A program made the translations under genes and the position numbers. Below are positions 1 through 14,011 of a stretch of DNA of 64,000 nt, piece after piece. The notes under the pieces are model-generated. The model was not told the origin of the DNA and searched no databases. It worked only from the letters and a program-made list of their open reading frames with translations. Each line of letters starts with the position of its first letter. The stretch's first letter is position 1. The DNA lies in contig NC_045696.1 in assembly GCF_009834535.1 (NCBI RefSeq), positions 22,508,001-22,572,000 on the forward strand, written 5' to 3'. Origin of the DNA: Camelus ferus. Its lineage: Eukaryota.

Positions 1-3000
1 TACACTTGTAAAACTTCAAATAAAAGTTTAGTTTTTTGCCCCTTTCTCAGTTGAATGTAAGGAAAAGTCATCATCGTTGAAATTAGGTTTCTCACTTTCT
101 GGAGAAAACTAATTCTCACATTCTTCTGGAACAGAAGCACATTGAATGAAGATTGCTTTTTTGGTGGCTTTTCTGGACTTTGGTATTTTGAAGATGCTTT
201 GGATATAGAGTTCTTCTATAACTTACTCAAGAACTCAACAAGTATAAGGAGAATGTTGAAAACAAATAGCTAGTAGTTCTTTAAACATTTATTTGTAATA
301 CCTGGATTCATTCTTTGCGAGTGCAAATCCCTGCTCAGTGTAGCTCTGTTTTGTTCTAGGACAGATACACTAAATACTGTGTAGTTGGTTCCTGCCAATT
401 ACCTTTCTAGTGTGAGCCTGAAATGCTCCCTTCTTTTGTGCATGAGTTTCCATGGAATTTTTTTTTCATTCAAAAACAAGGCTTATCTATTTGTGCTAAC
501 CTGGATAAAATGTTCTCATTGTTATTTTGTAATGTTGTTTACATTTTCCAGTACCAGTCCAATCAAGTTTACAAAGTTTTGGCATTCTTTGTGGGGAAAA
601 CTGCTCAAGAAAGGAAATCAGTAATGTGTTACAAATTCTCCATTGTAAATGTGCCTTTTCTTGTTTCTGACTCAACTGCAATCAAACAAAATAAGATTGC
701 TTTCAAGAGTTAGAGAGATTAAAATAGTGGAAATTTGTAACTCTTTAAAGTTGTATCAACTGTAGTTTAGAATTGATTGATCTTATAGGAAAGTGCTCAA
801 ACTTTCCTTTGATGCAGGTTTCATTTGGAAAGTCTGGATATGCATCAGTGAGCGTAGATGAATTTGCTGTTTTGTCATCTGGCAGTCGTTTGGCTATTTT
901 CGTTGAAATGATGTTGGCATTTTTTTTCCCTTGTGGATAGTTTTACTATGTGTTGCCAAGTACCAAAAAGATAGGCGTTTCCAAATTCCGTGATCTTACA
1001 TGCTTGCCGTGCAGATGACTTTCCCCCTTTATCTTTACCCTAATTCAGGGAACTTAAACTCTTTTGTTAAGAGAGAATGAGGGAGAAATAACTCCCTCAT
1101 TCTTTGTGAGTTGGCTTTAGGAAAAAGGACATTTTATTTCTCCCTTTAATTAAAATATAAAACTGGCCTTTCAAAGCAAATCTAAATCAAATATAACTTC
1201 ATAATGAAAAGGAGAAGCTGCAAGGGAGATTTTATGTATGGATTCTAAAACAATACTCAGATACAAGGAGCAAATACTATCTTTTTTTTTTTTGAGCAGT
1301 TATTGCATGAAACTTTGTGAGTGTAAGAGAGAGTAAAGAATCAGAACAAATTAAAAAGTAAATGTGATGGTGGAGTTTTTTTTTTGAGGCATTGCCATGA
1401 GTTTCCTGGCTCAGCTAGTGGGAGATGTCAAACAATAAACTGAAATAAATGAACGCTGAAACCAAATAAGAACCATAACTTACACAAGGATATGTTTTTA
1501 GTTTAGGAGAAATAGTCGTTGCTTTGGCTGACAAGGCCCTGTTGTTCAGTTTTGCTTATTAAATCGGAACAAATATATGGATATGTACCCTGACATACAT
1601 ATACAGCTTTTCAAAGTGATTCTCCTGAATATGGGGAATTCTTGGCTACTTACCAATGTGAGGAGAGGTTAGCCAAAGACTAAAGCTTTGCTAAGACCAC
1701 CCGAAATCTGAGTCTCCACCCCTCCTCTGAGTTTGTGCTGCTGTAATACAAATGGAGGAACTAAGGGGGTTGGGGTGGAGTGGAGGGCAGATGGGAGAGA
1801 GGAAGGAAAAAAGAGACAAAAGAAAAATGCAACTTTTCATCAGATGAAGCAAAATTTTCCTTTCTTTCTTTCTGCTTTCTGAATGGATGAAAAGACACAA
1901 AGCAATCGCATCGATCACCTCCTAGCATAGATATACTGTGTTTGCTGCTTTCAGCCGAAAGAACACATCGTGATTGTCTGTCATACTCCCAAGCTGCCAC
2001 CTGCAATGGCTCCTTGGGGGTCTTTCTCAGATTTAGTTTAAGGCATATACAGTATTTTGAGAACGCCTGTCCTAGAAGATTAGTCTAGTTCCAATATTAG
2101 CTCTAAATCTGTGCTATAATATTTTGCATGGCAAGCAACTATAAAAACTCATTCCATGACATCTTGCAGCTTTATGAAAAATTCTCACTCATTCTAATGA
2201 ATCTTTTTGTTTGGAGATTTTTGGGTCAAGATTATGGGTCTTGCTGAGATCTAGCTGAACTAACGTGCTTTAAAACATTCCCACAGATGTTTGTTAGAAT
2301 TAGTTAAGTGACTATATGCTTATCAGCAAAACCTCCTTAACTGTCCTCCTGAAAATTGTGTCAGTTCCTTTCCTATGAATCTCCTCAAACTTTTTTTAAA
2401 GTTAAGTGTGAGCACACTGAACAGAGATGGTAAGGAGTCTCATAAGCTATGTAGAAATCCAGTTATTTTTAACAAGCCATGAGATGGATGTGAAATGGAA
2501 AAATGCATAGTTTTACTCCAGAGCATCAGAGAATATTCCAGAAGATCAAGGCAGATCAAATTAAAGGGAAAGAAATCATAAGAAATAATTAAATAAGAGA
2601 CAATGTGTAGAAAGTATGATGGGACATCAAAAAGAAAAGATGGTTGCGGGGAGGACAGGCATGAAGTGTGAAGATTTGGACAAGACAGCTTTACTCTGGA
2701 AGGCATGTGAGATCCACTGCTAGGCTAAGAGGGATGGGCAGAAGTTGCAAGACTAATGACAAGTAGAAGGAGATTGTAATGATTGTGTTCTGCACATGGT
2801 TCCCTTCTAACCCTCCATGTGTGTGCTCCCAGGCTTTTCTCCGGCAATGTGCATAGAATTGGTTTATTCACTCCTCTCCACTATTGCTCACTTCATATAA
2901 ACATTCCCCCAGTGGTTTAAACATTTCTGGAACCAATTATGTTTCTTAGAAGTAACTCTGTGCTTTCCAATTAAGATGCTATGAAAAATGTTGCCAGTTT

Positions 3001-6000
3001 TAAAAGTCAGGCATTTTCTATTACTGTGAAGGATCTTTAAAATTCTCATGAGGAAATCATTGTCATTGACCTAGAATCTTGGAAAATTCTACATGTATAC
3101 ATCTAAATATCCATCTACTTATCTTTCTAAATATGTACATACATGTGTTTTTAGATACTCGGAGTCTGTTATAAATATATACATACAAAAGCTGGCCTAT
3201 AAGACTGTTCATAAATTTATGTTTCAATAGCCTAAACTTGGGGAAAAAAATAAGGAAAGTTTTATTCTTTTCAACCAAACAGGTTTGAATTAGAATATTT
3301 ACAAACAACAAACATTTCAAGTCTCTAATTTTCAAAATTAAAAGAAAAAGCCACTATTTTGTGGATCTATCATTTTAAATTGTACATCTTACAACTGTGC
3401 AGTTAAATTCAAAATTTTAATCCTCAATTCATTGACAATGCAAATTATTTGCCAGCATTTGGAAGTCAAACAGGGTGAGAGGGGAGAGACTTTACATGTT
3501 CCAGGTTTAATATCTAAGCACCAGATGGAAACAATTCTACAATGAGAGAAAGAAATCTGTTAGGATATTTTGGAGATCTGTTCAGTTCAGCAGCACGTCA
3601 CCGGTTACGGAGGCCAATTTCTCAGAGGACTTATTTGAATTGCAGATACTCATGTAGTGCGCTAATTTAACCCAGAAAATGCTGAATTTTGGGGGTTCTT
3701 TAAATTATAATAATTCTTAGGTTAAAAACAGTACCCATTTTTCTTTCAATAATGACTCTTGTAGACCTGAAACAAAGAATTTGGCAGCAAAGTGTGAAGG
3801 GAAGGAGTGATTTTTATGTAAAATGGAAATAATCATAGAAAGTTTCACAGTTAATATCTACAACTATGGCTGTTTTAAGGGAATTGTAAAATTGTCTACA
3901 TTCACACGTGCTGTGAAAATCTTTTATCCAGAGCAGTTTATGGCATTTAATATTAAAGGATGCGAAACAATGAATGACAATTAAAGTAAATTAACTTATG
4001 GGTCTTTCAAAAGATGATTTTTAAGTGAATCTGTGCAGAAATGAAGGGCAACAAAATCTGATTTGGTAAATAATGGCCGGTCAAGCTTTGACAATGAAAG
4101 ACTGGGGAATGAGTGGGATACTGAGCAGTACCTCTCAGAGGGGGCCTCTTTCATATTCATACCTATTTTTTTGGCAAAATAAGTGTCAAATTTGCGGCCA
4201 TATGACAGCAAAATTATGCATTGCATGGTGAGTTACAGATTTTGGTTGAAATCCAACTCAAATACTTTCATAAGAATTTGACATGATAAACAAAAATACA
4301 TTGCATTTCCAAACTGCAGTTTGTTTTAAATTAAAAAAAAACCCAAAATATTACTTTTATACTAGATGATGAGAATGTCAATCCTTCCCACCACCATTAC
4401 CAGATTTTTATTTCATGTAAAATTGTGAGAGGACTGTTATCTACCTACAGTGTGCTGAGAGCTTCAAGTAAATGAGGATGGAACTAATGGAGAGAGCGGG
4501 CAACGAATGAAGCTTGTTCATACATTTCGGGCGGGGAGGATAGGGAGATCCTTTGTGGTGAGCAGAGGCAACGAAGTATTGTCTTTAACTCTCTGACTTG
4601 GTCCTACCCTTTCTGCTATATATTTGGATGTTTTGAGCAGAGGGATAGAAATAAGGCAAGAGGAAACCTGAAGGAGTTTGAAACATCAAAGAGGAGCAGA
4701 AGAGAAAAGTCGAAGGGAATAGTGGTGAGGAAACTCTATTCCCTTGAGTCTTACAGGGTTGAGTTCTAGGTTTCTAGGTGATGGACGTTACTCAGTCACC
4801 CTCCCTGTCTTCTAATGAGTCATGCCTTTGAGACAGTTAACCCACCTCCATGATATTAAGTTGAGGGGATAATCTGAGACTAACTAGAAAACAGATTTCA
4901 TGGTTCGGAGGTTGTCTCTGAGCAACTTAGGGGGCCAAGAGGAGTAACTGAAGCTTCTTCATGTGGACTTTACCTAGGGGTTGCACGCTTTATTTTGTTA
5001 AAAAGATGGGGCAACTTTTACAAGCAATTTGCAGTTGCTCTGAAGAGGTGGAACTCAGTCTTCCCGGAGATGACTGGTCCATGAATCAAAAAATGCGTAC
5101 TTAAGTTCCACATCTGCAGCTCACTGTGGGAACGAATTGCATCTGTTTTCTCCTTAACTCTGCAGTATTCTACCCCATAAAATAAGGAGGTTGAGTTTGG
5201 TGATTTCTAAGATCTCTTCAAGCCCTGAAAATGGATGTTTCTAGGCTTGCTTTATCCTAAGAGCTGAAACATCTGTGTTTTCTTAGTTTCCTGAGTGTGA
5301 TCGATATGTAGTGAATATCTGGCAAAGGCCTGTGAATATTTGAACGTTCTCCGCTATTCACCGTCATCTTTCTTATCACTGTCTTCTCTTCTGCAGAACT
5401 GGAGAAGTCTGTGCCTCACAAATTTAACATTCGGAAAACATTGATTAGATAATTCAAGTTTATACTTCTCCACCTGTTGGCTGACTTGATTATGGAACAC
5501 AAGCAGTCCTTTTGGAATCAGGGAGATACTGTTATGAGGCAGTTTGTAAAAGTGTTTTATGATGGGGATTTTGTTTGCTGAGGCTGATACCATTGGAAAG
5601 TGGGGTACTGGTAATGAAGGGACAGAGGAGTAGGGTCAATAATGGACAATCTTACATACTGGAGGGAATATCTATTTATTCTAAAGTGAGAACTACTTGC
5701 TTATGCACTCTGGAGTCACAGTACTCACGCTGTGAGTTCAGAGAGTTAGCTCTTTTTTCTGATTTCACGTTTAAGTCCCCAGAGTCTGTTCTTTCTCCTA
5801 CCTAATTTGTTCTATGTAAATAAGGTATAAACCTGCAGTTTCCCTGCACCAAATTATCAAATTGAGGAATTAGAAGAATGAAGTGCATCTTATTGGTGAT
5901 CTTTTCCAATTTACTACTTAGAAATGGCTATTAGGTTACAGCATAATAAAATGCTTATTAATGCGGGCTTAAAATCAGAATAGTGCATTTCCCAACTTCT

Positions 6001-6074
6001 TTGCCTCTTAGCTGATAACTTTGGGCATTTATTTTTCAGCTGTCTCTTATTTATTAATTAAAAATATTTTAATA

Positions 6075-9000
6075 ATATCTTATTGAGATGTAATTTACAT
6101 GTAAAATTCATCCTTTTAAGTATGAATTCACAGAATTGTGCAACCATCATCACTAATTTTAGAATATTTTTTATCACCCCAAAGAGAAAACTCATACTCA
6201 TTAGCCATGCTCTCCATTCTCTCCTATCCTCCAGTCCCTGGCAACCACTAGTCTGCTTTCTGTCTATGTGAATTTACCTGGTCTGTACATTTCATATAAA
6301 TGGACTCATACAATGCATTGCCTTTTGTGTCTGCCTTCTTTCACTTCGCATAAAGTTTTCAAGGTCATCCATGTTGTAGTGTGTCAAGGTATTTCTTTCC
6401 TTTTTTAGCTGAATACTATTGTGTGGCTATGACACAGTTTTATTTATCCATTTATCAATTGATGAACATTTGGATTGTTTTCACTTTATGGCTATTATGA
6501 ATAATGCTTTTGTGACATTCTTGTGCATGCTTTTGTGTAGACATACGCTTTCAAGTCTTTTGGGTATGTACATAGGAGTTGGAATTGCTGGGTCAAATGA
6601 AAACTTTTTGTTTAGTTTTTTTGAAGAATTTCTTAACTGCTTTCCAAAGTGGATGCATAATTTTATATTTCCACCAGCATTGTGTGAATGTTCTAATTAT
6701 TCCACATCTTCACTTACACTTGTTATTGTCTGTCTTTTTTATAATAATCATCCTAGGGTGTGTGAATTGTTATCTTGTTGTGGTTTTGATTTGCATTTCC
6801 CTAATGACTAATAATGTTGACTGTCTTTTCATGTGTTTATTGACCATTTGTATCTTGAGAAATATCTTTTGAAATTCTTCTCTGTTTTTAAATTGTGTTG
6901 TCCTTTTGTTGTTGAGTTGTAAGAATTCTTTACATATTTTGGACACAAATCCCTCATGAGGTATATGATTTGAAAATCCTACTCTCATTCTGTGGGTTTT
7001 TCTACTTTTTAATAGTGAGTTTTGAAACACAAAAAGTTTTAATTTTGATGAAGTGTAATTTATCTGTTTTCATTGCTTGTGCTTTTGGTGTCATGTATAG
7101 GAAATCATTGCATAATCCAAGGTCACAAAGATTTACTCCTATATTTACTTTTAAGAGTTTTGTAGTTTTAGTTGTCACATTTAATTCTATGATCTATTTT
7201 GAGTTAATGTTGTCTATAGTATGTGGTAGGGGTCCAACTTGATTCTTATGCATGTAGATATTCAGTTAGCCCAGAACTGTTTTTTTTTTAAAGACTTCTT
7301 TTCCCCCTGCATTCAATTACTTTTGCACCATTGTGAAAACTAATTGACCATAAATGGAAAGATGTAGTTCTGGATTCACAATTCCATTTCATTGATCTAT
7401 ATGTCTATCTTTATGCCTACCATACTGTACTGATTACTGGAACTTGGTAGTAAAGTGAAATTGTTAAGTGTGAGTCCTCCAACTTTGTTCTTCCTTTTAG
7501 AGATTGTTTTGGCCCTTCTAAAGGTCCCTTGCATCCATGTGAATTTGAAGATCATCTTCCAAATTTTGCATAAAGGACAGTTGACATTCTGATTAGAATT
7601 GCATTGATGTATTTTGAGTTTATTTTTGTATATGGTCTTAGAGAATGTTCTAATTTCATCCTTTTACATTGTAGCTGTGTGTGTAGTTTTCCCAGCACCA
7701 CTTATTGAAGAGACTATCTTTTCTCCATTGCATATTCTTGCCTCCTCTGTCATAGATTAATTGATCATAAGAGTGTGGGTTTATCTTTTGGGCTCTCTAT
7801 TGTGTTCCATTGATCTATGTGTCTGTATTTGTGCCAGTACCTTGCTGTTTTGATTACTGTAACTTTGCAGTTTAGTCTGAAGTCAGGGAGTGTGATTCCC
7901 TAAGTCTGCCCTTCTTTCTAAAGATAGTTTTGGCTGTTCAAGGTCTTTAGTGTTTCCATACAAATTTTAAAATTATTTGTTCTAGTTCTGTGAAAAAATG
8001 CCATTGCTATTTTGATAGGGATTGCAGTGAATCTGTAGATTGCCTTGAGTAGTATGGTCTTTTTAACAATGTTAATTCTTCCAATCCAAGAACATGATAT
8101 ATCTTCCCATCTGTTTGTATTGTCTTCAGTTTCTCTCGTCAGCATCTTACAGTTTTCTCAGTATAGATTTTTTACCTTCTTGGGTAGGTTTATTCCTAGG
8201 TATTTAATACTTTTTGATGTAATGGTAAATGGGATTATTTCCTTAAATTCTCTTTCTGACAATTCATTGTTAGTGTGTAGAAATGCAACAGATTTCTATA
8301 TATTAATTTTGTATCCTGCAACGTTATTGAATTCATTGCTTTTTCTGGTGGCATCTTTAGGATTTTCTATGTATAGTATCCTGTTGTCCACAAACAGTGA
8401 CAGTTTTACTTCTTCCTTTCCAATTTGGCTTCATTTTCTTTCTTCTTCTCTCTAATTGCTGTGGTTAGGACTTTCAGTACTATGGTGAGTAAAAGTGGTG
8501 AGAGTGGACATCTTTATCTTGTCCTGATCTTAGAAGGAAAGCGTTCAGTCTTTTAGAATTAAGTATGATGACATGTTAACTGTTGGCATTTTGTAGATAG
8601 CCTTTATCTAGTTAAGGAAGCTCCTTTCAGTTCCAAGTTTAAGTGTTTGTTTGTTTTATCATGAAAGGGTGTTGAATTAACTCAAATGCTTTTTCTTCAA
8701 CAATTGAGACGATCACATGCTTTTTGTTCTTTGTTTTGTTGATATGGTATATCACAGTCATTGATTTTTGCATGTTGAACCTGCTTTGCACTCCTGTAAT
8801 TAATACCACTTGGTCATGGTGTACAATCCTTTTTTTTTTTTTTTTAAGGTTACTTGATTTGGTTTGCTACTATTTGTTGAAGATTTTGTATTTATATTCA
8901 TAAAGGACATTGATCTATAATTTTTTGTTGTTGCAGTTTCTTTGGTTTTATCATAGTAATATGGTCAAATAATAAATTGGAAATGTTCCTTCATCTTCTA

Positions 9001-10790
9001 TTTTTGGAAGTGTTTGTGAAAGATTGATATTAATTCTTTTTAAAACACTGTAACCAGTGAAGCTGTATGAATCTGGGCTTTTCTTTGATTGCTGATTCAA
9101 TCTTTCACTTTTTATAGGTCTATTACAATTTTTTATTTCTTCCAGAGTCAGTTTTTGTAGTTTGTGTCTTTCCAGGAATTTGACCATTTCATCTAGGTTA
9201 TCCAATTTGTTAGCATACAGTTGTTCATAGCATTTCCTTTTAATCCCTTTCAAAATTTCTGTAGGTTTGGAAATATTGTCCCTTCTTTGGTTTCTGATTT
9301 TAGTCATTTTAATTCCTTAATCCTCTCTCTTGCTGTCATTTTTTTTTGTTTTGTCTTTTTCTTTTCTTTTTTTCTTTTTGGTTAGTCTAGCTAAAGTTTT
9401 GCCAACTTTGTTGTAGATGTTTTCAAATAAACAAATTTGGTTTGGTTGATTTTTTTAATTGCTTTTTTTCTAGTACCTATTTCACTTGTTTCTACTCTAA
9501 TCTTTATTTCCTTCATTCTGCTTGCTTTAGTTATAGTTTGCCCTTCTTTTTCTAGTTTCTTAAGGCAAAAGCCTGCATTATTATTTCGAGAACTTTCTTT
9601 TTTTATTGTCGTTTACAGCTATAACTTTACCTCTAAGCACTGCATGAGTAGCACTTACAAATTTTGGTAATATTTTGTGTTTGTTTTCATTCATCTCAAA
9701 GTATTTTGTAATTTGCCTTCTGAGTTTTTCTTTGACCCATATTTTGAAGAGGGTGATATTTAGTTTCTACAAATTTATGAATTTCCCAAATTTCCCCTTG
9801 TTGATTTCTAATTTCATTCCATCATGATTGAGGAATATGATTTCAATTCTTTTAAGTTTATTGAAACTTGATTATGACCTAAAATGTGGTCTATTGTGGA
9901 GAAAGTTCTATGTTCACTTATGTAGAGGGTGTATTCTGCTATTCGTGGGTAATATTCCATAGATTTCTGTTAGATCTAGTTTTTTTACAATGTTGTGAAA
10001 GTCTCCATTTCCTTTCTGATATTCTGCTTAGTTGTTCTACTCATTATTTAAAGTAGGGTGCTGAAGTCTGTGTTTCTTTGAATTGTTCATTTCTCCATTC
10101 AATACTGCCATTTTTTGCTCCATGTATTTTGGGGCTCTTGTGAAATGCATTTATGTTTATGATTGTTATGTTTTCCTAATTAATTTTCCCTTTTATCATT
10201 GTAATATATCCTTCTTTGTCTCCTGTTTTATTTTTTTTCTCTTAAAGTCTATTTTGTCTCATACTAATATAGCCAATCCAGCTCTCTTTTTGTTTACTAT
10301 TTGCATGGTATGTCTTTTTTTATAATCCTTTACTTTCAACTTACTTATGTGTTTGAATCTAAAGTGTGTCTCTTGTAGATAGCATATGGTGGATCATTTT
10401 TCTTTTTATTGATTTTTGGCAATCTCTGCTTTTGATTGGAGTGTTTAGTCCATTTGCATTTAATGTCATTATTGATACCATTGGATTTATGTCTGCTGTC
10501 TTGGTATTTGTTTTTTTATGTCTTACGTTTATTTTGTTCCTTTATTCCTCCATTACTACCTTCTTTTAAAAAAATAGACATTTTTTTAGTATATCATTTT
10601 AATTTCCTTATTGTTTCTTTTACTATATTTTTTTGACATTTTGTTATTAGTTGCTCTGGAGATTACACTTGACATCTTAACTTTAAAAAAAATCTTGTTT
10701 GGATTAATACCAAGTTGATTTTAATATTATACAAAAACTTTACTCCATTATAGCTCCTTTCTCTCACCCCTTATTTGTGCTAATATTTTT
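6075..10790 (-). mobile_element. Old LINE-1 (L1MB-like): 3' UTR, decayed ORF2 and upstream remnant, with an internal younger-L1 segment at about 7609-8530
   Basis: L1MB-type 3' end (ccctggcaaccactagtctgctttctgtct). Minus-strand ORF2 peptides: MVNKHMKRQSTLLVIREMQIKTT, WEDISCSWIGRINIVK, YEQLYANKLDNLDEMVKFL. Many stops and frameshifts. Confidence 0.95.
7609..8530 (-). mobile_element. Younger LINE-1 ORF2 segment embedded in the older L1
   Basis: Re-starts ORF2 sequence already covered at 7195-7606 and closely resembles the younger L1 at 38100-39030 (shared ttgttctagttctgtgaaaaa..gccattgctatt). Confidence 0.75.
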
Positions 10791-10839
10791 ATGAAAATGT
10801 AAAAGTACATAATAAACATTGAGCATTTAAAAATATTTT

Positions 10840-10975
10840 TAAACTTTGGTTTCTTCACCTGGAAAATTGATACAATAATAGTTTTGATGTCAAAGTGACT
10901 TAGTTAGTACCAAATGATACAGTATGTGTGATGCTAGTATAGCACAGTCCCTTATCTGAACTCAACAAAAGTGTT
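10840..10975 (+). mobile_element. MIR SINE fragment
   Basis: Degenerate MIR core (ggtttcttcacctggaaaattg..aataatag) and MIR-like 3' part. Confidence 0.6.
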
Positions 10976-11025
10976 TTATAAAGTTAGTGAGGTATGCGGC
11001 ACTTTTTAAAAATACCCTAAATGAG

Positions 11026-11035
11026 GGGAAATTCC
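11026..11035. promoter_or_regulatory. NF-kB consensus motif GGGAAATTCC (motif only)
   Basis: Exact match to GGGRNWYYCC within GGGGAAATTCCC; no functional evidence. Confidence 0.2.
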
Positions 11036-12349
11036 CTGCCTAATAGGGAGTTTTTTTCCCCATTGTTAAACAGCTTTGTTTTCACATTCCTATTCAGATC
11101 CTTGTCTCCTTGTATTTTCTACACGTTAATTCCAGACTAATCTCCTGGGAAAATACAGATGAAGTTTTCCTGCCCTTTCTACCTGGCAGGCCTTCATTTG
11201 GTTTCTCTAAATATTAATGCTATTTAGTTCATCAGCTCTTTCACAATGGACATAGCCCTTGGACTTCTCCCTCCTTTCACTGTTTTCTCCTATATTGATC
11301 ATAATTTTCAGTGTCTCCTATTCACGTGAAACTTAAAACTAGTGCTATTACTACTATGGTTTAGACAGGGACAATCAAAAGTGCTTATGAGATTTTAAAT
11401 GGCCACCCAATCCCATTTGTAACTGTGTAAATGGACACTTGGTAGAGCATGATTCATTCTGTAACCCTTGAACTCCATATGCTTGTTCTTTTTCAGCCTC
11501 CACTTTATTTCATAAGCTTAACCCCCCTCCAAAGACCTCAGAGAATACTGAAAATGTGTTCTGAGAACCTGGAAAGTCATATACTAGACATCCATATAAA
11601 AATGAAAGATTACATGTTTCATAGAGGTGTAAACTTTATTAGTCATTACCTCCTCAGACATAACTCATATTAATCTTGTTTGAAAGTTATTACTTCTCTC
11701 TTGTATGATTTTTTTTAGACAATTTTCTTTTTAGCCATGGAAAGTCACATTAGAAAGCTCCCATTGCTCTCCCCTTTCCAAACAGAAAAGGTGTTTATAT
11801 TCAGATATGTAGTAGGAGTTAGAATGGCTGGAGTAGAACTTCACAGCCTACCCTCTACTTACACTTTCTCTACCACAGCTTATTCATGGTTTATGGGAAT
11901 CCTGGAATCCTGGAAATTCAACCAGTATTGGTAAATCTCCCACTTGGTCCTCCGATTCTCCAAGACTCCACTGGTCTCATGGTTTCAAGAAAAGGAATGT
12001 AGATCTTCCTCATTATCACACACTCAGAAAACAGTGAAGGAAGCCGGTGTGTTCGCTTTACCAAGTAGTGATTTTTTTTTTCCACCAGATTCTAAAATCG
12101 TTGAGACCATTAAGTCTCTTCGAGTCTCTAAAGGTTAGACAAATATCTGGCCTAAAAGAATATTTAAAAAATTACTGTTGACTAAACCAAGAAGGAAAGG
12201 TTGTGAGCAAAAAAGCATAAAACTAAGGACGGAAAAACAAATCTATTGCAACAGTTAGACTTAGATAAGAATAAGGGGAGGAATATGAGAGATAATCTTT
12301 TATAAGAGTGCAAGATAATCTTTTAATTACCCTTGCTTAATTAAATAGA

Positions 12350-12520
12350 GACAGTGTGGTATAAATAAAAAAAAATAGTGTTTGTTGTTAGAAAGTCTTT
12401 AAATTTCAGCCTTGTCATTTTCTAGCCATTTGAACATGGACATAGTAACACTCAGTAAGGGATAGCAATTGTTATGAATAAAAAGGAGTAATGACCATCT
12501 TCTATACAGGTACTGGTAGC
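12350..12520 (+). mobile_element. MIR SINE fragment
   Basis: acagtgtggtata head, ttaaatttcagccttgtcattttctagc and ttgttatgaataaaa resemble MIR. Confidence 0.5.
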
Positions 12521-12855
12521 CCTTGATTTTAAAAATCCCACATAACAGAATTCCAAATTTATTTCTTAAGCGGAGTTCACTGAAATCATTCTGTGTCACA
12601 AAATACCACTGCTTTAAAAAGTTACAAGACTAGCATTTCAATTAAGTATAGGGTTTTGAGGCTAGCAGACAGAATTTAGTAACCAATGTGGTATTAAACA
12701 ATAGACCAGACTAAAGCAATCACATATATCTGTGAGGTAAGACTCTTAATATATTTAGCTTCAGGAATAGTTCATTAGTGAGGTGTAGATTCATCCTACT
12801 TTAAATACTTTAAATTTGGCAAGTGCTTTAGAGGCTATCTACTTTGTGAAATATA

Positions 12856-13157
12856 CAGTCATCCCTCGGTGCCTTCAAGAGGCTGGTTCTAGGTCCCCTG
12901 TGGATACCAAAATCTGTGGATGCTCAAGTGTAATATTTGCATATAACCTATGTACATCCTCCTGGACTCTTTACATCACCTCTAGATTACTTATAATACC
13001 TAATACAATGCAAATACTGTGTAAATAATTGTAAATACAGTGTAAATGCTATGTAAATACAAGTTTTCCTTTTTGGAACTTTCTGGAAGTTTGTGTTTTG
13101 AATATTTTTGACCCACGGTTTGTTGAATTTGACGATGTGGAACCCACAGATACCATG
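12856..13157. mobile_element. MER2-type TcMar-Tigger non-autonomous DNA transposon
   Basis: Starts TA|cagtcatccctcggt; contains ggataccaaaatctgtggatgctcaag and ctctagattacttataatacctaatacaatg, diagnostic of MER2. Confidence 0.9.
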
Positions 13158-14011
13158 CAGGCAGAAACAAGTAGGGCGATTCAAGGTGCCTTGTGCTGTT
13201 TTTCTGGTTTGCTTGCTCTGGGCATCATAACCTTGACTTAACCTCTGGAAAGTGTATATATTCTATTCAAGGTAGGTGCCTGATAGCATTTATAGCAATG
13301 ACAGGGTTTCTTTTATTTGTGACTTTTTCAAGATGGCAAAAGAGATCCTCCATTATGTGACGGAATGAAGCCTGATTGTAAACAACAACTATAGTTCATG
13401 TGCCTTGGAGTTCTGATAACATTTCTAATTTATTTCATTAAGACACATAAAAATCATTTTCTAAAATTTGATGCTGGTCTTCTTTTAAAACCTGCTCTTT
13501 TTATTCACATCTGCCTTCCATAGTCGTCTTGTTCCACTCCCTTCTGTACTGTGATGCCACATTTGGGTACTTGGGCTCTAGTTCTCAGCCTCTACTAATG
13601 GACTTGTTCAAAATATAGCCTTTATCACTTTTATGAATTGTTGGAGATGATTGCTTTCTCCTCTAAGATTGCTAGGATTCTTGCTATTTTATAGTTATCA
13701 AAGTGAATTTCCTCTCTCTGTTCACATGGCGCCCTCTTTCTCTCTTCCTTGATGAATATCATCTTTTTATGTGCTGCCTTCTTTGCTACACTGCACTTGG
13801 GAGAGGAGTTTTAAACATTTGATAGGGAAAATGTCTTTCTGATGAGGAACCAAGCTTCAAATGCATTCCTTTCTTTTTCTCAGAATTAATTCTTTTGCCA
13901 ATAGTATTATGCATCTTCTATCCTAAATACAGCATAAATCAGGGGACGCCTCTGAAAAAATGTTTCCTAGTAAGTGTTGCGAAAGCTGTACTCGCACTGA
14001 GAAAGACAACA

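Noticed and set aside
1765..1795. G-quadruplex-like G-runs
   Set aside because: Needs a long 9-nt loop; such tracts are common and there is no supporting context.
3590..3611. CAGCAGCACGTCACCGGTTACG resembles miR-15/16-family mature sequences (AGCAGCAC seed)
   Set aside because: No complementary arm (GTGCTGCT-like) nearby, so no pre-miRNA hairpin can form.
4450..4990. Purine-rich segment, like 57780-58190, that might be an ancient Gypsy-type LTR
   Set aside because: I could not identify termini, TSDs or diagnostic motifs; left unannotated.
5400..5472. 9-bp inverted repeat tggagaagt/acttctcca
   Set aside because: The 55-nt interior pairs poorly; expected by chance.
6419..10636. Cluster of hydrophobic + strand ORFs (up to 136 aa) that look like membrane proteins
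   Set aside because: They are antisense readings of T-rich L1 sequence.
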